From Acutalibacteraceae bacterium (lineage in GTDB: Bacteria; Bacillota; Clostridia; Oscillospirales; Acutalibacteraceae), in NCBI GenBank assembly GCA_045659605.1, contig JAZOXF010000032.1, positions 5,364 to 69,363 on the forward strand: a stretch of DNA of 64,000 bases. The letters are read 5' to 3'. This document shows positions 1 to 7,039 of this stretch, piece after piece. Each line of letters starts with the position of its first letter. Positions within the stretch are counted from its first letter, which is position 1. The notes beneath the pieces are model-generated. The model saw only the letters and a program-made list of their open reading frames with translations, did no database searches and was not told the DNA's origin. Both the position numbers and the translations under genes were made by a program.

Positions 1-334
1 CAATAGCCGATACTGCAAAAGCAATATACATTTTCATTCTAAAGGTATGTTTAACACCTTTATTATCTTTAGCCCCTGCAAATTGAGAGGTAAAAATACC
101 TGCACCCGAAAGACCACCAAAAATGCAAAGGTTAAACACAAATAAAAGTTGGTTCACAATGGCAACTGCCGACATTTCAAGGGTGCCAACACTGCCTACC
201 ATTATATTATCAACCAAATTAACAACGTGGGTAACGGTGTTTTGAATAATAATGGGTATTAAAATGGTGATAACTTTTCGGTAAAAGTTGCGGTCACCTA
301 TTAAATTATGTTTTAGTTTAGTTTTAAAATCCAT
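1..334 (-). CDS. MATE family efflux transporter, N-terminal fragment (gene continues beyond window start)
   Basis: Hand translation of the minus strand from the ATG at 334 gives MDFKTKLKHNLIGDRNFYRKVITILIPIIIQNTVTHVVNLVDNIMVGSVGTLEMSAVAIVNQLLFVFNLCIFGG. This is a typical MATE (NorM/DinF-like) N-terminus. It is missing from the ORF track because it is truncated. Confidence 0.55.
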   Translation of the reverse strand, partial: MDFKTKLKHNLIGDRNFYRKVITILIPIIIQNTVTHVVNLVDNIMVGSVGTLEMSAVAIVNQLLFVFNLCIFGGLSGAGIFTSQFAGAKDNKGVKHTFRMKMYIAFAVSAI

Positions 335-398
335 AATTAAAGTCCTTATATATATTTGTCCCTATAATTATATATCTTTAAATTAATATTGCAAGTGT

Positions 399-1082
399 TT
401 ATTCTTCAAATTTCTTCCTTAACTTTAAAAGCGCCGCTTTTTCAATGCGGGAAACATAACTTCTAGAAATTTTAAGTTTTTTGGCGATTTGATTTTGGGT
501 AAGTTCTTCGGACCCTTCTAAACCGTATCGCATTTTGATAATTTCCTTTTCTCGTTTGTCAAGTGTATTAGGCATTATTCTTTGAAGATGTTCAAGCCGA
601 AGTTTAAGGTCGATTTCTTCGGCAACATCCTGTTTGTCGGCGATGGTATCAATTAAGGTCAGTGGGTTTCCGTCTTTGTCGGTGTCAATAGGTTCGGAAA
701 AAGGAATGTCTTGGGAGGATTTTTTTATATTCCTGAAAAACATTAAAATTTCATTTTCAATGCAACGGGAGGCATAAGTGGCAAGTCGGATTTTTTTATC
801 CGACTTAAAGGTGGAAACGGCTTTTATAAGACCGATGGTACCAATGGATATTAAGTCTTCCTGTTCAGCTCCGGTGGCATAATATTTTTTAACAATGTGG
901 GCAACAAGCCTTAAATTGTGTTCTATTAGTTTGTTACGGGCGTTTTCATCCCCCATGCGACTTTTTTCTAAAAGTTGTGCCTCGGTTTTGGCTGAAAGGG
1001 GAGGGGGAAAGGAACCGCTGCCTGTTACGTGAAGGGCAAAATAATAAATATTACAAGCCAGTTGTAATAGAAGTTCAAACAT
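399..1082 (-). CDS. sigK: Sporulation sigma factor, pro-sigma-K type (uninterrupted gene)
   Basis: FPPPLS...GDENARNKLIEHNLRLVAHIVKKY, DLISIGTIGLIKAV, ATYASRCIENEILM and ISRSYVSRIEKAALLKL are sigma-70 regions 2-4 with SigK-specific signatures (SigE has LIERNLRLVVYIA). A hydrophobic pro-peptide precedes FPPPLS. I prefer the start at ATG 1082 (GAAAGG SD) over the ORF-track start at 1124. Confidence 0.7.
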   Translation of the reverse strand: MFELLLQLACNIYYFALHVTGSGSFPPPLSAKTEAQLLEKSRMGDENARNKLIEHNLRLVAHIVKKYYATGAEQEDLISIGTIGLIKAVSTFKSDKKIRLATYASRCIENEILMFFRNIKKSSQDIPFSEPIDTDKDGNPLTLIDTIADKQDVAEEIDLKLRLEHLQRIMPNTLDKREKEIIKMRYGLEGSEELTQNQIAKKLKISRSYVSRIEKAALLKLRKKFEE

Positions 1083-1160
1083 AAAAACACAGCCTTTCGG
1101 TCTTTTTAAAAAGATATGTTCCAAGGCTTGGTCAAAATGTAAAAAATGTTAAAAAATTTC

Positions 1161-1189
1161 TTGACTATTAAGGGGGTATGTGATATAAT
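1161..1189 (+). promoter_or_regulatory. Sigma-A type promoter for rpmG-secE-nusG (TTGACT-17-TGaTATAAT)
   Basis: TTGACT at 1161-1166, a 17-nt spacer and an extended -10 TGaTATAAT ending at 1189. It lies about 200 nt upstream of rpmG. Confidence 0.5.
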
Positions 1190-1386
1190 CGTGTTACCTC
1201 TGAAGGGTCTTTTTTTTTGCAAAGATTTCTTCAAAATGTAGGTTGATACTGTATTTTGTGTAGTGCTTTCGTGTCGTTTCTATATGTTGCGATGCGGCAT
1301 AAAATTTCAACCTTAGAGGGAGGCTTTACTTTTACATTAATTAGAGTAAAAGCAAAAATAATTTCCGTAAAGCGGGAGGTGCCGTT

Positions 1387-1536
1387 ATGAGAGTTAAAAT
1401 CACTTTAGCTTGCACAGAGTGCAAACAACGCAACTACAACACAATGAAAAACAAGAAAAACAATCCTGACAGGCTTGAGATGAACAAGTACTGCAGATTC
1501 TGCAAAAAGCACACCCTTCACAAGGAAACAAAGTAG
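1387..1536 (+). CDS. rpmG: 50S ribosomal protein L33
   Basis: Hand translation gives [49 protein letters not shown] (49 aa, CxxC...CxxC zinc knuckle). SD GGGAGGTG lies upstream. Too short for the ORF track. Confidence 0.9.
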   Translation: MRVKITLACTECKQRNYNTMKNKKNNPDRLEMNKYCRFCKKHTLHKETK

Positions 1537-1547
1537 GAGGCAAAGCA

Positions 1548-2210
1548 ATGAAAACTTTAAATAAAATTTGCTGGATTCTTAGCATAGTTTTAGGTTTAGG
1601 CTCACTTGTTTTGTTCTTCACGGATTTTGCCACTATTACAACTAATGGCAAAGAGGTTGCTTATGTTGGTGCGCAATTAGGCTTTGGCGCCAAAATTGCA
1701 AAGTCTGCTGACATTCTTTTCTGTCTCTTGTTAACTGCTTTCGCAGCTGTTTTCTCCGGTCTTTCTTTCAAGACCAAGAAACTTCGTTATGCTGCTCCTG
1801 CAGTTGGTATTGTTGCCGCAATTTATATGTTGGTTATCGCATTGTCCGATGCCATCTATTATGTGGACACAAGACCTCTTGAAAATGTAACAAAGGTTGT
1901 TTACTCTCCCTTTGTTTTAGTAACTGCAATTTTACTTTTTGTATTTACTGCATTTTCTGTAGCACATCTTTTAATTGATGACTATTTGGAAGTTCAAGCT
2001 TCTAAAGGCGCTAAGAAAACTATCATCAAGCGCATTGGTCGTTTCTTAAGAGATTACAAGAGCGAAGTTAAGAAGATTGTATGGCCCGGCTGGAAAGATG
2101 TTTTAAAGAACACACTTATCGTTCTTATCATCTGCCTTATTTTAGGTGCATTTATCTGGGCTGTTGATTTCGGCTTGGCTGAATTACTTAAACTGATTAT
2201 AGGTGAGTAA
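1548..2210 (+). CDS. secE: Preprotein translocase subunit SecE with a ~150-aa polytopic N-terminal extension
   Basis: The C-terminal 60 aa (FLRDYKSEVKKIVWPGWKDVLKNTLIVLIICLILGAFIWAVDFGL) match the SecE core. The gene sits in the canonical rpmG-secE-nusG position. The N-terminal part has about four hydrophobic helices. Confidence 0.75.
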   Translation: MKTLNKICWILSIVLGLGSLVLFFTDFATITTNGKEVAYVGAQLGFGAKIAKSADILFCLLLTAFAAVFSGLSFKTKKLRYAAPAVGIVAAIYMLVIALSDAIYYVDTRPLENVTKVVYSPFVLVTAILLFVFTAFSVAHLLIDDYLEVQASKGAKKTIIKRIGRFLRDYKSEVKKIVWPGWKDVLKNTLIVLIICLILGAFIWAVDFGLAELLKLIIGE

Positions 2211-2211
2211 T

Positions 2212-2742
2212 ATGTCTGGAACAAATGAAGCAAAATGGTATGTAGCTCATACCTATTCAGGATATGAAAATAAGGTTGCAAGCGACTTGGCAACAATGGT
2301 TGAAAGCCGTGGTATGCAAGACCTTATTCAGGACATTAAAATTCCTACCGAAACAGTTACCGAAATCAAGGAAGATAAAAAGCGTGAAGTTGAGCGCAAA
2401 ATTTTCCCAGGTTACGTTTTGATTAAAATGATCGTAACTGATGACAGCTGGTATGTTGTTAGAAACATTCGCGGCTGTACAGGTTTCGTGGGACCTGCTT
2501 CCAAGCCGGTACCCTTAACCGATGAAGAAGTTGCCGCTTTAGGCGTTGAAAAGCACAGCGTTGAAGTTGGTTACAAAGAGGGCGACACTGTTAAGATTAT
2601 CAGCGGTCCTCTTGAGGGCTACAGCGGTGTTGTTAAGACAGTTGATACTGCAAACAACAACGTATGCGTAGTTCTTTCTATGTTCGGAAGAGAAACACCC
2701 GTTGAGCTTGAGCTTGACCAAATTTCAATTTCCGACGAATAA
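2212..2742 (+). CDS. nusG: Transcription termination/antitermination factor NusG
   Basis: KWYVAHTYSGYENKV, FPGYVLIKM and a KOW motif (GDTVKIISGPLEGYSGVV). ATG at 2212 is preceded by AGGTGA. The ORF-track start at 2203 is a GTG overlapping the secE stop. Confidence 0.9.
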   Translation: MSGTNEAKWYVAHTYSGYENKVASDLATMVESRGMQDLIQDIKIPTETVTEIKEDKKREVERKIFPGYVLIKMIVTDDSWYVVRNIRGCTGFVGPASKPVPLTDEEVAALGVEKHSVEVGYKEGDTVKIISGPLEGYSGVVKTVDTANNNVCVVLSMFGRETPVELELDQISISDE

Positions 2743-2895
2743 TTAGTTATTTAGCAGAAATGCTGGATTTATCGGCAATATAATTGCCAACCCTTGACAC
2801 TGGGTAGTTAGTGTCACGGTGGGAGGGACGGAATATGACCGTTCCGCCAGGTGTTTTTAAAAACCCGGTTACCACGAATAATGGAGGTGCAAAAA
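2743..2895 (+). promoter_or_regulatory. Structured leader upstream of rplK-rplA (possible L1 autoregulatory site)
   Basis: Hairpins GACACTGGGTAGTTAGTGTC and GGGACGG-AATATGA-CCGTTCC are preceded by GGTGGGAGG. This is a 150-nt untranslated gap between nusG and rplK. The assignment rests on position and stem-loops only. Confidence 0.25.
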
Positions 2896-3321
2896 ATGGC
2901 TCAAAAAATCACAGGCTACATCAAGCTTCAAATCCCTGCAGGTAAAGCTACACCGGCTCCCCCGGTTGGTCCTGCTCTCGGTCAGCACGGTGTAAACATT
3001 ATGGCGTTCACCAAGGAGTCCAACGAAAGAACAAAGTACGAGGCTGGTCTTATTATCCCCGTTGTTATTACTGTTTACGCAGACCGTTCTTTCAGCTTTA
3101 TTACCAAAACTCCCCCCGCTGCAGTTCTTATTAAGAAGGCTTGCGGCATCGAGATTGCTTCCGCCACACCTAACAAAAACAAGGTTGCCAAGATTACCAA
3201 AGAGCAGATACAGAAGATTGCTGAAACAAAAATGCCCGACTTAAATGCCGCTAGCCTTGAGGCTGCTATGAGTATGATAGCAGGTACAGCTCGCAGTATG
3301 GGCGTAGAAGTAGTCGATTAA
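2896..3321 (+). CDS. rplK: 50S ribosomal protein L11
   Basis: [38 protein letters not shown] is the canonical L11 N-terminus. GGAGGTG SD lies 6 nt upstream of ATG 2896. Confidence 0.95.
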   Translation: MAQKITGYIKLQIPAGKATPAPPVGPALGQHGVNIMAFTKESNERTKYEAGLIIPVVITVYADRSFSFITKTPPAAVLIKKACGIEIASATPNKNKVAKITKEQIQKIAETKMPDLNAASLEAAMSMIAGTARSMGVEVVD

Positions 3322-3374
3322 TTCTCTCTTGTGGGAGGAAAATTCCGATTTAACCACTTATTGGGAGGTCAACA

Positions 3375-4070
3375 ATGAAACACGGAAAAAAATATAATGA
3401 AAACGCAAAGCTTATTGAAACTGGTAAGCTTTACGATGTAGAAGAAGCAGTTGAGGTTGCTATCAAAACCGGTACTGCTAAATTCGATGAAACAGTTGAA
3501 ATTCACGTTCGCTTGGGTGTAGACTCTCGTCACGCTGACCAACAGGTTCGCGGCGCTGTAGTTCTTCCCAACGGTACCGGTAAAAAGGTTAGAACCCTCG
3601 TTATTGCTAAGGGCGACAATGCTAAGGCAGCTGAAGAAGCAGGTTCTGATTTTGTTGGTGCTGAAGAAATGGTTGCTAAAATCCAGAACGAAAACTGGTT
3701 AGACTTTGATGTTGTTATCGCAACACCTGATATGATGGGCGTTGTAGGCCGTCTTGGTAAGGTTTTAGGTCCCCGTGGCTTAATGCCTACTCCTAAGGCT
3801 GGTACTGTTACTCCTGACGTTGCTCGTGCTGTTACCGAAGCTAAGGCTGGTAAGATTGAGTATCGTCTTGACAAGACCAACATCATTCACTGCCCCATCG
3901 GTAAGGTTTCCTTTGGTGCCGAGAAGCTTCAAGAAAACTTTGATGCTTTAATGGGCGCTATCATTAAGGCTAAACCTGCTGCTACTAAGGGTCAATACAT
4001 TCGTTCTTGCACACTTGCAACTACAATGGGCCCCGGTGTGAAGCTTAATGTTGCTAAATTCGGCAACTAA
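3375..4070 (+). CDS. rplA: 50S ribosomal protein L1
   Basis: [35 protein letters not shown] and KAGKIEYR are L1 signatures. GGGAGG SD upstream. Confidence 0.95.
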   Translation: MKHGKKYNENAKLIETGKLYDVEEAVEVAIKTGTAKFDETVEIHVRLGVDSRHADQQVRGAVVLPNGTGKKVRTLVIAKGDNAKAAEEAGSDFVGAEEMVAKIQNENWLDFDVVIATPDMMGVVGRLGKVLGPRGLMPTPKAGTVTPDVARAVTEAKAGKIEYRLDKTNIIHCPIGKVSFGAEKLQENFDALMGAIIKAKPAATKGQYIRSCTLATTMGPGVKLNVAKFGN

Positions 4071-4080
4071 TTGTAATTTG

Positions 4081-4119
4081 AACAGCGTTATGCTTTTGCA
4101 TAGCGCTGTTAATTTTTTT
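4081..4119 (+). terminator. Rho-independent terminator after rplA
   Basis: AACAGCGTTATGC-TTTTGCA-TAGCGCTGTT stem followed by a T7 run. Confidence 0.75.
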
Positions 4120-4123
4120 AAGT

Positions 4124-4157
4124 AAAAAAGGCGGGGGATTTTTCCCTCGCCCTTTTT
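4124..4157. terminator. Bidirectional GC-rich hairpin terminator
   Basis: GGCGGGGGA-TTTT-TCCCTCGCC is flanked by an A run upstream and a T run downstream. It therefore reads as stem plus U-tract on both strands. Confidence 0.6.
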
Positions 4158-4166
4158 GTATATGAA

Positions 4167-4265
4167 TTAGAAATCTTTTTTATCTTTCTTATTTTGGTCT
4201 TTTTTATTTTGGTTGTTTTTATTTTGGTCGTTCTTGTTCTGGTTGTTTTGATTTTTGTTATCCAT
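4167..4265 (-). CDS. Hypothetical 32-aa N/Q/K-rich low-complexity micro-protein
   Basis: Hand translation gives MDNKNQNNQNKNDQNKNNQNKKDQNKKDKKDF. SD AGGGGTGA lies 6 nt upstream and a terminator follows. No homology is recognisable, and the SD is also the 3' arm of the tatD terminator hairpin. Confidence 0.3.
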   Translation of the reverse strand: MDNKNQNNQNKNDQNKNNQNKKDQNKKDKKDF

Positions 4266-4315
4266 TAAAAATCACCCCTCTTTCGCAGTTAGTATCTGCT
4301 TTTAAGGGGTGATTT
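4266..4315 (-). terminator. Terminator hairpin 3 nt after the tatD stop (end of the metG-tatD operon)
   Basis: Perfect 11-bp inverted repeat AAATCACCCCT (4269-4279) / AGGGGTGATTT (4305-4315). On the minus strand the stem runs into TTTTT. Confidence 0.55.
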
Positions 4316-4318
4316 ATT

Positions 4319-5119
4319 CTATAGATCATAAAGTCTCAAGGTATTATCTAATGCGTATTTAAGCACATCCTCGGTGGAAATTCCTCTGATTTCGCCGATT
4401 TTTTCAGCTGAATAGTAAATAAGGGAAGAATTATTGGTTTTACCTCTGAAGGGAACGGGCGCTAAATAGGGCGCATCGGTTTCAAGCAAAAATCTATCAA
4501 GCGGCATTTGCTTTACAACGTCAGGGAGTTTCTTGGCATTTTTAAAGGTGATAACACCGCTGATACCAATATACATACCGAGTTTATAAATTTCCTCAGC
4601 CATTTCCACACTGCCCGAAAAACTGTGGACCACACCTTTTGGTTTGAATTTTTTTAAAAAATCTAAAGTGTCGGCGTGGGCGTCGCGGTCGTGAACCACA
4701 ACGGGCATATCCAATTGGCGGCTAAGTTCTAATTGAGAAGCAAAGACCTGCTTTTGAATTTCTTCGGTTTCACGGGTCCAGTAATAATCAAGACCGATTT
4801 CACCAATACCAACGCACTTGTCATGAGTGGAAAATTTGGAGATTTCCTGCATTATTTGGGGGATATTTTGAGATGTGATACCCTCAACATTACCGGGGTG
4901 AATACCTGCTACAAAGTAAACAAAATCGTTGTTTTCGGCGATTGTTTGGGCAGCCTTGCAAGACTCTAAATCACAACCACAGGTAATAATTCCCTTAACA
5001 TTTTTGGAAAGGGCGCCCATAATCTCTTCTAAAGAGTCGATAAAACGGTCGTCATCGTAATGAGAATGACTGTCAAAAATCAGTCTTTCGTTTAAAGGAG
5101 AAAAATCTAAATCTATCAT
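4319..5119 (-). CDS. tatD: TatD family metal-dependent hydrolase (YabD-like DNase)
   Basis: FDSHSHYDD, GEIGLDYYW, VVVHDRDAH, GVVHSFSGS and LLETDAPYL are TatD motifs. Its start overlaps the metG stop. Confidence 0.85.
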   Translation of the reverse strand: MIDLDFSPLNERLIFDSHSHYDDDRFIDSLEEIMGALSKNVKGIITCGCDLESCKAAQTIAENNDFVYFVAGIHPGNVEGITSQNIPQIMQEISKFSTHDKCVGIGEIGLDYYWTRETEEIQKQVFASQLELSRQLDMPVVVHDRDAHADTLDFLKKFKPKGVVHSFSGSVEMAEEIYKLGMYIGISGVITFKNAKKLPDVVKQMPLDRFLLETDAPYLAPVPFRGKTNNSSLIYYSAEKIGEIRGISTEDVLKYALDNTLRLYDL

Positions 5120-7026
5120 TATCTGATTTTGCTTCCTTCGGGTACACCATCAATAAAGATAACCTTAACATCATCTTCACTGCAGTCGGCAGCCAAAATC
5201 ATACCGTTAGACTCAACACCGCAAAGTTTTGCGGGTTTAAGGTTGGAAACAACAATAACGGTATGGCCGATTAAATCTTCGGGAGTGTACCATTTAGCAA
5301 TACCTGATGCCACGGTTCTAGGGGTATCAGTACCATCGTTTAAGGTGAGTTTAAGAAGTTTCTTTGCCTTTGGAATAGGTTCACAAGCAGTGATTTTAGC
5401 AGCCTTAAGTTCAACCTTAGCAAAGTCTTCAATACCGATTTGAGCAATGCCTTCAACCTTTTCTTCCTTTTTCTCAGCCTTTGCTTCAATTTCGGCATAA
5501 ATTTCAGCCAAAACCTTTTCGGTCTCTAAACGGGGGAAGAGGTTGGGAGATTCTTCAGGGGTGTAACTATCAGCAATTCTTAAATCTTCGCTGAGATTTG
5601 CTCCTGCAATCTTTTCAGCAGTATCGGGCATAATAGGTTTAAGCAAGGTGCCGATAATCTTAATAAGGTCTAAGAGGTTATAAAGCACATCGTTAAGACG
5701 GTCTTTTTGAGCCTCATCTTTGGCAAGTGCCCAAGGCATAGTTTCATCAATGTATTTGTTGCAACGCTTTGCAATATCCAAAATTGCGGTACAAGCATCA
5801 GCGTTAAGGTAGCCGTCCATTGATTTGTGGTACTTTTCAATGGATTCCTCGGCAAACGCAAATAACTCCTTATCGAGTTCTTCGGTGATTTCGTGCTTAA
5901 CAACACTGCCACCAAAATACTTCTTGGTCATAGCCACAGTGCGACTTACAAGGTTGCCGATGGTGTTAGCAAGGTCGGTGTTGAAAACGTTCATAAAGCT
6001 TTCGTAAGTAAATGTACCGTCGTTGCCGAAGGGCATTTGAGAAAGAAGGTAATAACGAACAGCATCGGAGCCGAAACGTACGCTGAGTTCATCGGCATAA
6101 ACCACATTGCCTTTGGATTTACTCATCTTATCCTCGCCAACAAGTACCCAAGGATGACCTAAAACTTGTTTGGGTAAGGGAAGACCTAAAGCCATTAAAA
6201 TTACGGGCCAATAAATGGTGTGGAAACGAACAATGTCTTTACCGATAACATGTAAATCCGCAGGCCACAAAGCCTCAAATTTATCACTGCTACCATCAGG
6301 GTTGTAGCCAATACCTGTAATATAGTTGGAAAGAGCATCAATCCAAACGTATATTACGTGCTTGTCATCAAACTCAACGGGAACGCCCCATTTAAAAGAA
6401 GAACGGGAAACGCAAAGGTCGTTGAGACCGGGTTTGAAGAAGTTGTTAATCATCTCATTTTTGCGAGATTCAGGCTTAATAAAATCAGGGTTTTCCTCAA
6501 AATATTTAAGAAGTTTATCTTGATATTTGCTAAGTTTTAAGAAGTATGCCTCTTCTTTGCAATCAATAACTTCGCGGCCGCAATCGGGACATTTGCCGTC
6601 TATAAGTTGTGATTCGGTATAGAAAGATTCGCAAGGAACGCAATACTTGCCTTCGTAGGTGCTTTTGTAAATGTCACCTTGCTCGTAAAGTTTTGTAAAA
6701 ATTCTTTGCACAGCCTTTTCGTGGTCATCATCGGTGGTGCGAATGAATTTATCATAGGTTGTGTTAAGACTGTCCCAAACGGCTTTAATAGTGTCAGCCG
6801 CTCTGTCAACATAAGCCTTGGGGGAAATGCCCTCGGCCTTTGCTTTTTCTTCAATTTTTTGGCCGTGCTCATCCGAACCGGTCATTAAATAAACGTCAAA
6901 TCCCATTTGCTTCTTGTAACGGGCAATCATATCGGCTAAAACAATGTCATAAGCATTGCCGATATGGGGTTTGCTTGAAGCGTAAGCAATGGCGGTAGTT
7001 ATATAAAACTTTTTATTTTCACTCAT
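5119..7026 (-). CDS. metG: Methionine--tRNA ligase with C-terminal tRNA-binding (Trbp111/EMAP-like) domain
   Basis: FYITTAIAYASSKPHIGNAY (HIGH), KMSKSKGN (KMSKS) and a CPxC...CPDC zinc knuckle. The C-terminus DFAKVELKAAKI...SNGMILAA is the tRNA-binding domain. ATG 7026 follows GGAGGT; the ORF-track extension to 7077 overlaps the upstream gene. Confidence 0.95.
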   Translation of the reverse strand: MSENKKFYITTAIAYASSKPHIGNAYDIVLADMIARYKKQMGFDVYLMTGSDEHGQKIEEKAKAEGISPKAYVDRAADTIKAVWDSLNTTYDKFIRTTDDDHEKAVQRIFTKLYEQGDIYKSTYEGKYCVPCESFYTESQLIDGKCPDCGREVIDCKEEAYFLKLSKYQDKLLKYFEENPDFIKPESRKNEMINNFFKPGLNDLCVSRSSFKWGVPVEFDDKHVIYVWIDALSNYITGIGYNPDGSSDKFEALWPADLHVIGKDIVRFHTIYWPVILMALGLPLPKQVLGHPWVLVGEDKMSKSKGNVVYADELSVRFGSDAVRYYLLSQMPFGNDGTFTYESFMNVFNTDLANTIGNLVSRTVAMTKKYFGGSVVKHEITEELDKELFAFAEESIEKYHKSMDGYLNADACTAILDIAKRCNKYIDETMPWALAKDEAQKDRLNDVLYNLLDLIKIIGTLLKPIMPDTAEKIAGANLSEDLRIADSYTPEESPNLFPRLETEKVLAEIYAEIEAKAEKKEEKVEGIAQIGIEDFAKVELKAAKITACEPIPKAKKLLKLTLNDGTDTPRTVASGIAKWYTPEDLIGHTVIVVSNLKPAKLCGVESNGMILAADCSEDDVKVIFIDGVPEGSKIR

Positions 7027-7039
7027 TTTGAAATACCTC

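Noticed and set aside
1400-1651. An 83-aa cysteine-rich ORF on the minus strand (…[40 protein letters not shown]) that looks like a bacteriocin or metallothionein-like peptide.
   Set aside because: It is exactly antisense to rpmG (L33) and the start of secE. The Cys richness is the reverse-complement shadow of the rpmG coding sequence. It has no SD and no independent support.
4170-4262. Short tandem repeats (ATTTTGGTnnTTTTT, about 5 copies) considered as a CRISPR-like or minisatellite element.
   Set aside because: The period is only ~15 nt with no spacer structure and there are no cas genes. The repeats are degenerate and coincide with the low-complexity micro-ORF and an AT-rich terminator region.
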